Below are positions 50,001 to 64,000 of a stretch of DNA of 64,000 nt, piece by piece. This stretch comes from Eledone cirrhosa. Taxonomy: Eukaryota. A program made the translations under genes and the position numbers. The DNA lies in the NCBI GenBank assembly GCA_964016885.1, contig OZ024740.1:439456001-439520000 (forward strand), read 5' to 3'. A model generated the notes under the pieces. The model was not told the origin of the DNA. It saw only the letters and a program-made list of their open reading frames with translations, and did no database searches. Position 1 is the stretch's first letter; every line of letters starts with the position of its first letter.

Positions 50001-51200
50001 GATATAGACAATAGGTGATATAGACAACAGATGATATAGACATCACCTGATATAGACAATACCTGCTATAGACAACAGACGATATAGACAACACATGATA
50101 TAGACAACAGATGATATAGACTACATATGATATAGACAACAGATGGTATAGACAACAGATGATATAGACATCACCTGATATAGACAATACCTGATATAGA
50201 CAACAGATGATATAGACAACACATGATATAGACAACTGATGATATAGACTACATATGATATAGACAACAGATAATATAGACAACAGATGATATTGACAAC
50301 AGATGATATAGTCAACAGATGATATAACAACATATGATATAGACAAACATGATATAGATAATAGATGATATAGACAACTGATGATATAGACAACAGATGA
50401 TATAGACAACAGATGAATAGACAACAAATGATATAGACAACAGATGATATAGACAAAAGATGATAGAGACAAAAGATTATATAGGCAACTTATGATATAG
50501 ACAACTGATGATATAGACAACACATGATATAGAAAACAGATGATATAGACAACACATGATATAGCCAACAGTTGATATAGACAATACCTGATATAGACAA
50601 CAGATGATATAGACAACACATGATATAGACAACAGATGATATAGACAACAGATGATATAGACAACACATGATATAGACAACACATTAGATAGACAACACA
50701 TAATATAGATAATAGATGATATAGGCAACAGATGATATAGACAACAGATGATGTAGACAACACATGATATAGACTACAGATGATGTAGACACCGCATGAT
50801 ATAGACAACAGGTAATATAGACAAAAGATGATATTGACAACAGAGGATATAGGCAACAGATGATATAGACAACAGATGATATAGCCAACACATGCTATAG
50901 ACAGCAGATGATATAGACAACAGTTGATATATACAACATAGGATATAGACAGCAGTTGATATATACAACAGATGGTATAGACAACAGATGATATAGACAA
51001 CACATGATATAGACAACAGATGAATAATCAACAAATTATATAGACAACAGGTGATATAGACATTAGATGATAGAGACAACAGATGATATAGGCAAGATAC
51101 GATATAGACAACAGATGATATAGACAACACATGATATCATCAATAGTTGATATAGACAGCTGATGATATAGACAACAGTTGATGTAGACAACAGATGATT
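44084..51200 (+). repeat. Diverged satellite domain with a distinct monomer variant set
   Basis: Higher density of substitutions and variants that are rare elsewhere (CAGCGGAT, TAGCCAAC, GATCTAGA, GCAACCCAT, GCAAGATACG, CAGGGGAT). Mostly short local duplications, e.g. offsets 1,167 (46381/47548) and 255 (49807/50062). Confidence 0.7.
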
Positions 51201-54200
51201 TAGACAACAGATGATATAGACGTCACCTGATATAGACAATACCTGATATAGACAACAGATGATATAGACAACACATGATATAGACAACATATGATATAGA
51301 CTACATATGATATAGACAACAGATTATATATACAACAGATGATATAGACAACAGTTGATATATAAAACAGATGATATAGACAATAGATGATATAGACAAC
51401 AGATGATATAGATAATAGATGATATAGGCAACAGATGATATTGACAACAGATGATATAGACAATAGATGATATAGACAACATATGATATAGACTACATAT
51501 GATATAGACAACAGATTATATATACAACAGATGATATAGACAACACATTATATAGATAATAGATGATATAGAGAATAGATGATATAGACTACAGATGATA
51601 TAACAACAGATGATATAGACAACACATGATATAGGCAATAGATTATATAGACAACAGATGATATAGACAACAGATGATATAGACTACAGATGATATAGAC
51701 AACAAATGATATAGACAACACCTGATATAGACAACACCTGATATAGATAATAGATGATATAGGCAACAGATGATATAGACAACAGGTGATGTAGACAACA
51801 GATGATAGAGACAACACCTGATATAGACAACACAGGATATAGATAATAGATGATATAGACGACAGATGATATAGACAACAGATGATATAGACAACAAATG
51901 AATAGACAACAAATAATATAGACAACAGATGATATAGACAACAGATGAAAGAGACACCAGATGATATAGACAACACCTGATATAGACAACAGATGATATA
52001 TACTATACATGATATAGACAAAATATGATATAGACAACAGATGATATAGACAATAGATGATATAGACTACAGATGATATAACTACAGATGATATAGACAA
52101 CACATGATATAGACAATAGATTATATAGACAACAGATGATATAGATAACAGTTGATATATACAACAGTTGATATAGAAAACAGATGATATAGACAACAGA
52201 TGATATAGACTACAGATGATATAGACAACAAATGATATAGACAACACCTGATATAGACAACACATGATATAGATAATAGATGATATAGGCAACAGATGAT
52301 ATATACAACACAGGATATAGATAATAGATGATATAGACAAAAGATGATATAGACAACACCTGATATATACAACACAGGATATAGATAATAGATGATATAG
52401 ACAACAGATGATATAGACAACAGATGATATAGACAACAAATGAATAGACAGAAAATGATATAGACAACAGGTGATGTAGACAAAAGATGATAGAGACAAC
52501 AGATGATATAGACGTCACCTGATATAGACAATACCTGATAGAGACAACAGATGATATAGACAACACATGAGATAGACAACATATGATATAGACTACATAT
52601 GATATAGACAACAGATTATATATACAACAGATGATATAGGCAACACGTGATATAGATAATAGATGATATAGGCAACAGATGATATAGACAACAGATCATA
52701 TAGACAATAGATGATATAGACTACAGATGATATAACAACAGATGATATAGACAGCACATGATATAGACAACACATGATATAGATAATAGATGATATAGGC
52801 AACAGATGATATAGACAACAGATGATGTAGACAACAAATGAATAGAAAACAAATTATATAGACAACAGATGATATAGACAACAGATGAATGAGACAACAG
52901 ATGATACAGGCAACATATGATATAGACAACAGATGATATATACTATTCATGATATAGACAAAATATGATATAGACAACACCTGATATAGACAATACCTGA
53001 TATAGACAACACATGATATAGACAACAGATGATATATACTACATATGGTATAGAAAAAAGATGATATAGCAACAGATGATATAGATAACACATGATATAG
53101 ACAACACATGAAATAGACAACAGATGATATAGAATAAATATGATATAGACAACAGATGCTATAGACAACAGATGATATAGACAACACATGATATAAATAA
53201 TAGATGATATAGGCAACAGATGATATAGACAACAGATGATATAGACAATAGATGATATAGACTACAGATGATATAACAACAGATGATATAGACAAAACAT
53301 GATATAGACAAAAGATTATATAGACAACAGCTGATATAGACAACAGTTGATATATACAACAGATGATATAGACAACAGATGATATAGACAACAGATGATA
53401 TAGACTACAGATGATATAGACAACAAATGATGTAGACAACACCTGATATAGACAACACATGATATAGATAATATATGATATAGGCAACAGATGATATAGA
53501 CAACAGATGATGTAGACAACGTATGATATATACAACACCTGATATAGATAACACAGGATATAGATAATAGATGATATAGACAACAGATGATATAGACAAC
53601 AGATGATATAGACAACAGATGATATAGACAACAGATGATATAGATAACACATGATATAGACAACACATGATATCTATAATAGATGATATAGAGATCAGAT
53701 GATATAGACAACAGATGAATAGACAACAAATGATATAGACAACAGATGATATAGACAACAGATGATATAGACATCACCTGATATAGACAATACCTGATAT
53801 AGACAACAGATTATATAGACTACATATGATATAGACAACAGATGATATAGAGAACAGATGATATAGACTACATATGGTATAGAAAAAAGATGATATAGAC
53901 AACACATGATATAGATAACACATGATATAGACAACACATGATATAGACAACACATGATTTAGATAATAGGTGATATAGACATCAGATGATATAGACAACA
54001 GATGATATAGATAACACATGATATAGACAACACATGATATCTATAATAGATGATATAGAGATCAGATGAGATAGACAACAGATGAATAGACAACAAATGA
54101 TATAGATAACAGATGATATAGACAACAGACGATATAGACATCACCTGATATAGACAATACCTGATATAGACGACAGATGATATAGACTACATATGATATA

Positions 54201-57200
54201 GACAACAGATGATATAGACAACAGATGATATAGACAACAGATGATATAGACTACAGATGATATAGACAACAAGTGATATAGACATCACCTGATATAGATA
54301 ATAGATGATATAGGCAACAGATGATATAGACAACATATGATATAGACAATAGATGATATAGACAATACCTGATATAGACAACAGATGATATAGACAACAC
54401 ATGATATAGACAACAGATGATATAGACAACAGATGATATAGACAACACATGATATAGACAACACATTAGATAGACAACACATGATATAGATAATAGATGA
54501 TATAGGCAACAGATGATATAGACAACAGATGATGTAGACAACACATGATATAGACTACAGATGATGTAGACACCGCATGATATAGACAAGAGGTAATATA
54601 GACAAAAGATGATATTGACAACAGAGGATATAGGCAACAGATGATATAGACAACAGATGATATAGCCAACACATGCTATAGACAGCAGATGATATAGACA
54701 ACAGTTGATATATACAACATAGGATATAGACAGCAGTTGATATATACAACAGATGGTATAGACAACATATGATATAGACAACACATGATATAGACAACAG
54801 ATGAATAATCAACAAATGATATAGACAACAGGTGATATAGACATTAGATGATAGAGACAACAGATGATATAGGCAAGATACGATATAGACAACAGATGAT
54901 ATAGACAACACATGATATCATCAATAGTTGATATAGACAGCTGATGATATAGACAACAGTTGATGTAGACAACAGATGATTTAGACAACAGATGATATAG
55001 ACGTCACCTGATATAGACAATACCTGATATAGACAACAGATGATATAGACAACACATGATATAGACAACATATGATATAGACTACATATGATATAGACAA
55101 CAGATTATATATACAACAGATGATATAGACAACAGTTGATATATAAAACAGATGATATAGACAATAGATGATATAGACAACAGATGATATAGATAATAGG
55201 TGATATAGGCAACAGATGATATTGACAACAGATGATATAGACAATAGATGATATAGACAACATATGATATAGACTACATATGATATAGACAACAGATTAT
55301 ATATACAACAGATGATATAGACAACACATGATATAGATAATAGATGATATAGAGAATAGATGATATAGACTACAGATGATATAACAACAGATGATATAGA
55401 CAACACATGATATAGGCAATAGATTATATAGACAACAGATGATATAGACAACAGTTGATATATATTTCAGATGATATAGACAACAGATGATATAGACAAC
55501 AGATGATATAGACTACAGATGATATAGACAACAAATGATATAGACAACACCTGATATAGACAACACCTGATATAGATAATAGATGATATAGGCAACAGAT
55601 GATATAGACAACAGGTGATGGAGACAACAGATGATAGAGACAACACCTGATATAGACAACACAGGATATAGATAATAGATGATATAGACGACAGATGATA
55701 TAGACAACAGATGATATAGACAACAAATGAATAGACAACAAATAATATAGACAACAGATGATATAGACAACAGATGAAAGAGACACCAGATGATATAGAC
55801 AACACCTGATATAGACAACAGATGATATATACTATACATGATATAGACAAAATATGATATAGACAACAGATGATATAGACAATAGATGATATAGACTACA
55901 GATGATATAACTACAGATGATATAGACAACACATGATATAGACAATAGATTATATAGACAACATATGATATAGATAACAGTTGATATATACAACAGTTGA
56001 TATAGAAAACAGATGATATAGACAACAGATGATATAGACTACAGATGATATAGACAACAAATGATATAGACAACACCTGATATAGACAACACATGATATA
56101 GATAATAGATGATATAGGCAACAGATAATATATACAACACAGGATATAGATAATAGATGATATAGACAAAAGATGATATAGACAACACCTGATATATACA
56201 ACACAGGATATAGATAATAGATGATATAGACAACAGATGATATAGACAACAGATGATATAGACAACAAATGAATAGACAAAAAATGATATAGACAACAGG
56301 TGATATAGACAAAAGATGATAGAGACAACAGATGATATAGACGTCACCTGATATAGACAATACCTGATATAGACAACAGATGATATAGACAACACATGAG
56401 ATAGACAACATATGATATAGACTACATATGATATAGACAACAGATTATATATACAACAGATGATATAGGCAACACGTGATATAGATAATAGATGATATAG
56501 GCAACAGATGATATAGACAACAGATCATATAGACAATAGATGATATAGACTACAGATGATATAACAACAGATGATATAGACAACACATGATATAGACAAC
56601 ACATGATATAGATAATAGATGATATAGGCAACAGATGATAATGACAACAGATGATGTAGACAACAAATGAATAGAAAACAAATTATATAGACAACAGATG
56701 ATATAGACAACAGATGAATGAGACAACAGATGATACAGGCAACATATAATATAGACAACAGATGATATATACTATTCATGATATAGACAAAATATGATAT
56801 AGACAACACCTGATATAGACAATACCTGATATAGACAACACATGATATAGACAACAGATGATATATACTACATATGGTATAGAAAAAAGATGATATAGCA
56901 ACAGATGATATAGACAACACATGATATAAATAATAGATGATATAGGCAACAGATGATATAGACAACAGATGATATAGACAATAGATGATATAGACTACAG
57001 ATGATATAACAACAGATGATATAGACAAAACATGATATAGACAAAAGATTATATAGACAACAGCTGATATAGACAACAGTTGATATATACAACAGATGAT
57101 ATAGACAACAGATGATATAGACAACAGATGATATAGACTACAGATGATATAGACAACAAATGATGTAGACAACACCTGATATAGACAACACATGATATAG

Positions 57201-57985
57201 ATAATATATGATATAGGCAACAGATGATATAGACAACAGATGATGTAGACAACGTATGATATATACAACACCTGATATAGATAACACAGGATATAGATAA
57301 TAGATGATATAGACAACAGATGATATAGACAACAGATGATATAGACAACAGATGATATAGACAACAGATGATATAGATAACACATGATATAGACAACACA
57401 TGATATCTATAATAGATGATATAGAGATCAGATGATATAGACAACAGATGATATAGACAACAGATGATATAGACATCACCTGATATAGACAATACCTGAT
57501 ATAGACAACAGATTATATAGACTACATATGATATAGACAACAGATGATATAGAGAACAGATGATATAGACTACATATGGTATAGAAAAAAGATGATATAG
57601 ACAACAGATGATATAGATAACACATGATATAGACAACACATGATATAGACAACACATGATTTAGATAATAGGTGATATAGACATCAGATGATATAGACAA
57701 CAGATGAATAGACAACAAATGATATAGATAACAGATGATATAGACAACAGACGATATAGACATCACCTGATATAGACAATACCTGATATAGACGACAGAT
57801 GATATAGAGTACATATGATATAGACAACAGATGATATAGACAACAGATGATATAGACAACAGATGATATAGACTACAGATGATATAGACAACAAGTGATA
57901 TAGACATCACCTGATATAGATAATAGATGATATAGGCAACAGATGATATAGACAACATATGATATAGACAATAGATGATATAGAC
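50573..57985 (+). repeat. Tandem duplication with a unit of about 3.6-3.8 kb, 2 copies
   Basis: Offsets are 3,781 (50685/54466, 51200/54981), 3,829 (51684/55513, 52593/56422) and 3,733 (marker ACGTATG at 53519/57252). Confidence 0.82.
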
Positions 57986-60900
57986 TACAGATGATATAAC
58001 AACAGATGATATAGACAACACATGATATAGGCAATAGATTATATAGACAACAGATGATATAGACAATAGTTGATATATATAATAGATGATATAGACAACA
58101 GATGATATAGACAACAAATGATATAGACAACACCTGATATATACAACACATGATATAGGTTATAGATGATATAGGCAACAGATGATATAGACAACAGATG
58201 ATGTAGACAATAGAAGATATAGACAACACCTGATATAGACAACACAGGATATAGATAATAGATGATATAGACAACAGATGATATAGACAACAAATGAATA
58301 GACAACAAATGATATAGACGACAGATGATATAGACAACAGATGATAGAGACGACAGAAGATACAGGCAACATATGATATAGACAAAAGATGAAATAGACA
58401 ACGCTTGAAATAGACAACACCTGATATAGACAATAGATCATATATACAATACATGATATATATAAAAGATGTTATAGACAACAGATGATATAGACATCAC
58501 CTGATATAGACAATAGCTGATATAGACAACAGATGATATAGATAACACATGATATAGACAACACATGATATAGACAAAACATGATATAGATAATAGATGA
58601 TATAGACATCAGATGATATAGACAACAGATGAATAGACAACAAATGATATAGATAACAGATGATATAGACAACAGACGATATAGACACCACCTGATATAG
58701 ACAATACCTGATATAGACGACAGATGATATAGACTAAATATGATATAGACAACAGATGCTATAGACAACAGATGATATAGACTACATATGGTATAGAAAA
58801 AAGATGATATAGACAACAGATGATATAGATAACACATGATATAGACAACACATGATATAGACAACACATGATATAGATAATAGGTGATATAGACATCAGA
58901 TGATATAGACAACAGATTAATAGACAACAAATGATATAGATAACAGATGATATAGACAACAGACGATATAGACACCACCTGATATAGACAATACCTGATA
59001 TAGACGACAGATGATATAGACTAAATATGATATAGACAACAGATGCTATAGACAACAGATGATATAGACAACACATGATATAAATAATAGATGATATAGG
59101 CAACAGATGATATAGACAACAGATGATATAGACAATAGATGATATAGACTACAGATGATATAACAACAGATGATATAGACAACACATGATATAGACAATA
59201 GATTATATAGACAACAGCTGATATAGACAACAGTTGATATATACAACAGATGATATAGACAACAGATGATATAGACAACAGATGATATAGACTATAGATG
59301 ATATAGACAACACATGATATAGACAACACCTGATATAGACAACACATGATATAGATAATAGATGATATTGACAACAGATGATATAGACAATAGATTATAT
59401 AGACAACAAATGATATAGACAACAGTTGATATATACAACAGATGATATATACAACACCTGATATAGATAACACAGGATATAGATAATAGAGGATATAGAC
59501 AACAGATTATATAGACAACAGGTGATATAGACAACAGATGATGTAGACAACACATGATATAGACAACAGATGATATAGACTACATATGGTATAGACAAAA
59601 GATGATATAGACAACAGATGATATAGATAACACATGATATAGACAACACATGATATATATAATAGATGATATAGACATCAGATGATATAGACAACAGATG
59701 AATAGACAACAAATGATATAGACAACAGATGATATAGACTACAGATGATATAACAACAGATGATATAGACAACACATGATATAGACAATAGATTATATAG
59801 ACAACAGATGATATAGACAATAGTTGATATATACAATAGATGATATAGACAACAGATGATATAGACAACAGATGATATAGACTACAGATGATATAGACAA
59901 CAAATGATATAGACAACACCTGATATATACAACACATGATATAGATTATAGATGATATAGGCAACAGATGATATGGACAACAAATGATGTAGACAACATA
60001 TGATATAGACAATAGATGATATAGACTACAGATGATATAACAACAGATGATATAGACAACACATGATATAGACAATAGATTATATAGACAACAGATGATA
60101 TAGACAATAGTTGATATATACAATAGATGATATAGACAACAGATGATATAGACAACAGATGATATAGACAACACCTGATATATACAACACATGATATAGA
60201 TTATAGATGATATAGGCAACAGATGATATAGACAACAAATGATGTAGACAATAGTTGATATAGACAACACCTGATATAGACAACACAGGATATAGATAAT
60301 AGATGATGTAGACAACAGATGATATAGACAACAGATGATATAGACAACAAATGAATAGACAACAAATGATATAGACGACAGATGATATAGACAACAGATG
60401 ATAGAGACGACAGATGATACAGGCAAAATATGATATAGAAAACAGATGAAATAGACAACGGTTGATATAGACAACACCTGATATAGACAACAGATCATAT
60501 ATACAATACAGGATATAGACAAAAGATGGTATAGACAACAGATGATATAGACATCACCTGATATAGACAATACCTGATATAGACAACAGATGATATAGAC
60601 AACACATGATATAGACAACAGATGATATAGACTACATATAGCAGAGACAAAAGATGATATAGACAACAGATGATATAGACCACAGATGATATAGACAACT
60701 GATGAATAGACAACAAATGATATAGACAACAGATGATATAGACAACAGATGATATAGACATCACCTGATATAGACAATACCTGATATAGACAACAGATGA
60801 TATAGACAACATATGATATAGACAACAGTTGATATAGACAACAGATGATATAGACAACACATGATATAGCTAATAGATGATATAGGCAACAGATGATATA

Positions 60901-63900
60901 GACAACAGATGATATAGACAATAGATGATATAGACTACAGATGATATAACAACAGATGATATAGACAACACATGATATAGACAATAGATTATATAGACAA
61001 CAGATGATATAGACAACAGTTGATATATACAACAGATGATATAGACAACAGATGATATAGACAACACCTGATATAGACAACAGATGATATAGACTACATA
61101 TGGTATAGACAAAAGATGATATAGACAACAGATGATATAGATAACACATGATATAGACAACACATGATATAGACAACACATGATATAGATAATAGATGAT
61201 ATAGACAACAGATGATATAGACAACACATGATATAGATAATAGATGATATAGGCAACAGATGATATAGACAACAGATGATATAGACAACAGATGATATAG
61301 ACAATAGATGATATAGACTACAGATGATATAACAACAGCTGATATAGACAACATAGCAGATCATATAGACAACAGTGGATGTAGACAACAGATAATTTAG
61401 ACAACATATGATATAGACGTCACCTGATATAGACAATACCTGATATAGACAACAGATGATATAGACACCAGATGATATATACAACAGATGATATAGGCAA
61501 CACATGATATAGATAATAGATGATATAGGCAACAGATGATATAGACAACAGATGATATAGACAATAGATGATATACACTACAGACGATATAACAACAAAT
61601 GATATAGACAACACATGATATAGACAATAGATTATATAGACAACAGATGATATAGACAACAGTTGATATAGACTACATATGGTATAGACATCACCTGATA
61701 TAGACAATACCTAATATAGACAACAGATGATATAGACAACACATGAAATAGACAACATATGATATAGACTACATATGATATAGACAACAGATAATATAGA
61801 CAACAGATGATATTGACAACAGATGATATAGGCAACAGATGATATAGACAACAGATGATATAGACAAACATGATATAGATAATAGATGATATAGACAACA
61901 GATGATATAGACAACAGATGAATAGACGACAAATGATATAGACAACAGATGATATAGACAACAGATGATAGAGACAAAAGATTATATAGGCAAAATATGA
62001 TATAGACAACAGATGATATAGACAACACATGATATAGAAAACAGATGATATTGACAACAGATGATATAGACAACAGATGATATAGACAGCAGATGAATAG
62101 ACAACACATGATATAGACAACATATGATATAGACAACACATGATATAGACAACAGATGATACAGACAGCAAATGATATAGCCAACAGCTGATATAGACAA
62201 TACCTGATATAGACAACAGATGATATAGACAACACATGATATAGACAACAGATGATATAGACAACAGATGATATAGACAACAGATGATAAAGACAACAGA
62301 TAATATAGACTACAGATGATATAGACAATACCCGATATAGACAACAGATGATATAGAGAAACAATGATATAGACAAAAGATGATATAGACAACAGATGAT
62401 ATAGATAACACATGATATAGACAACACATGATATAGACAACACATGATATAGATAATAGATGATATAGACAACAGATGATATAGACAACACATGATATAG
62501 ATAATAGATGATATAGGCAACAGATGATATAGACAACAGATGATATAGACAACAGATGATATAGACAACAGATGATATAGACTACACATGGTATAGAAAA
62601 AAGATGCTATAGACAACAGATGACATAGGTAACACATGATATAGACAACACATGATATAGATAATAGGTGATATAGACATCAGATGATATAGACAACAGA
62701 TGAATAGACAACAAATGATATAGATAACAGATGATATAGACAGCAGACGATATAGACATCACCTGATATAGACAATAGCTGATATAGACGACAGATGATA
62801 TAGACTAAATATGATATAGACAACAGATGCTATAGACAACACATGATATAAATAATAGATGATATAGGCAACAGATGATATAGACAACAGATGATATAGA
62901 CAAAAGATGATATAGACTACAGATGATATAACAACAGATGATATAGACAACACATGATATAGACAATAGATTATATAGACAACAGCTGATATAGACAACA
63001 GTTGATATATACAACAGATGATATAGACAACAGATGATATAGACTACTGATGATATAGACAACAAATGATATAGACAACACCTGATATAGACAACACCTG
63101 ATATAGATAATAGATGATATTGACAACAGATGATATATATAATAGATGATATTGACAACAGATGATATAGACAATAGATTATATAGACAACAAATGATAT
63201 AGACAACAGTTGATATATACAACAGATGATATAGACAACAGATGATATAGACAACAGATGATGTAGACAACATATGATATATACAACACCTGATATAGAT
63301 AACACAGGATATATATAATAGAGGATATAGACAACAGATGATATAGACAACAGATGATATAGACAACAGATGATGTAGACAACACATGATATAGACAACA
63401 CATGATATATATAATAGATGATATAGACATCAGATGATATAGACAACAGATGAATAGACAACAAATGATATAGACAACAGATGATATAGACAACAGATGA
63501 TATAGATATCACCTGATATAGACAATACCTGATATAGGCAACAGATGATATAGACTACAAATGATATAGACAACAGATGATATAGATAACAGATGATATA
63601 GACAACAGATGATATAGACTACAGATGATATAGACAACAAGTGATATAGACATCACCTGATATAGATAATAGATGATATAGGCAACAGATGATATAGACA
63701 ACATATGATATAGACAATAGATGATATAGACTACAGATGATATAACAACAGATGATATAGACAACACATGATAAAGACAATAGATTATATAGACAACAGA
63801 TGATATAGACAATAGTTGATATATACAATAGATGATATAGACAACAGATGATATAGACAACAGATGATATAGACTACAGATGATATAGACAACAAATGAT

Positions 63901-64000
63901 ATAGACAACACCTGATATATACAACACATGATATAGATTATAGATGATATAGGCAACAGATGATATAGACAACAGATGATGTAGACAATAGATGATATAG

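Larger units (their letters stand above)
14314..64000 (+). repeat. 16-bp satellite array, main segment, continues off the window edge
   Basis: About 49.7 kb of head-to-tail monomers. No non-satellite insert and no inversion were seen. Confidence 0.98.

Noticed and set aside
84-63956. Hundreds of minus-strand ORFs (60-900 aa) rich in Y/I/C/L/S/V
   Set aside because: They are translations of the 16-bp satellite. They overlap in all three frames with the same peptide repeat, the period is not a multiple of 3, 15-bp monomers shift frame freely, and there is no domain content.
1-64000. Satellite as a CRISPR-like or information-storing array with a constant core and variable spacer
   Set aside because: The variable parts are 1-3 substitution derivatives of one consensus and are inherited in duplicated blocks. 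They are not acquired unique sequences.
1-64000. Telomerase-synthesised telomeric repeat
   Set aside because: There are no G runs on either strand. Multi-kb duplications of variant patterns and a TE insertion point to recombination-based amplification rather than templated addition. A subtelomeric location cannot be excluded.

Overview
About 97% of this window is one head-to-tail satellite DNA array. It has a 16-bp monomer (consensus AGATGATATAGACAAC), roughly 3,900 copies estimated from length, and the same orientation throughout. It looks like eukaryotic heterochromatin. The only non-satellite sequence is two near-identical 948-bp islands (8726-9673 and 13366-14313) with the hallmarks of a non-autonomous Helitron: 5'-TC, 3'-CTAG, a subterminal GC hairpin, and insertion between A and T with no target-site duplication. 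Each island also carries a (GTCT)3 microsatellite and an internal 37-bp minisatellite that shares the TGATATAG core of the host satellite. The second Helitron copy most likely arose by a 4,640-bp tandem duplication of the array, not by a second transposition. The array is hierarchical: 16-bp monomers, an old ordered cycle of variant monomers of about 1 kb, recent tandem duplications of 0.14-4.6 kb, a near-perfect 3 x 4,942-bp higher-order repeat (29.2-44.1 kb), a diverged domain (44-51 kb), and left and right flanks that share one sub-family at offsets of about 48-52 kb. No protein-coding gene, RNA gene or CRISPR array is supported. The many minus-strand ORFs arise because the reverse-complement monomer has no stop codon. 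All alignments were done by eye using marker variants and ORF-track offsets, so block boundaries are approximate unless stated. I see no clear evidence of a new protein-based system; the best lead is the Helitron-satellite relationship.
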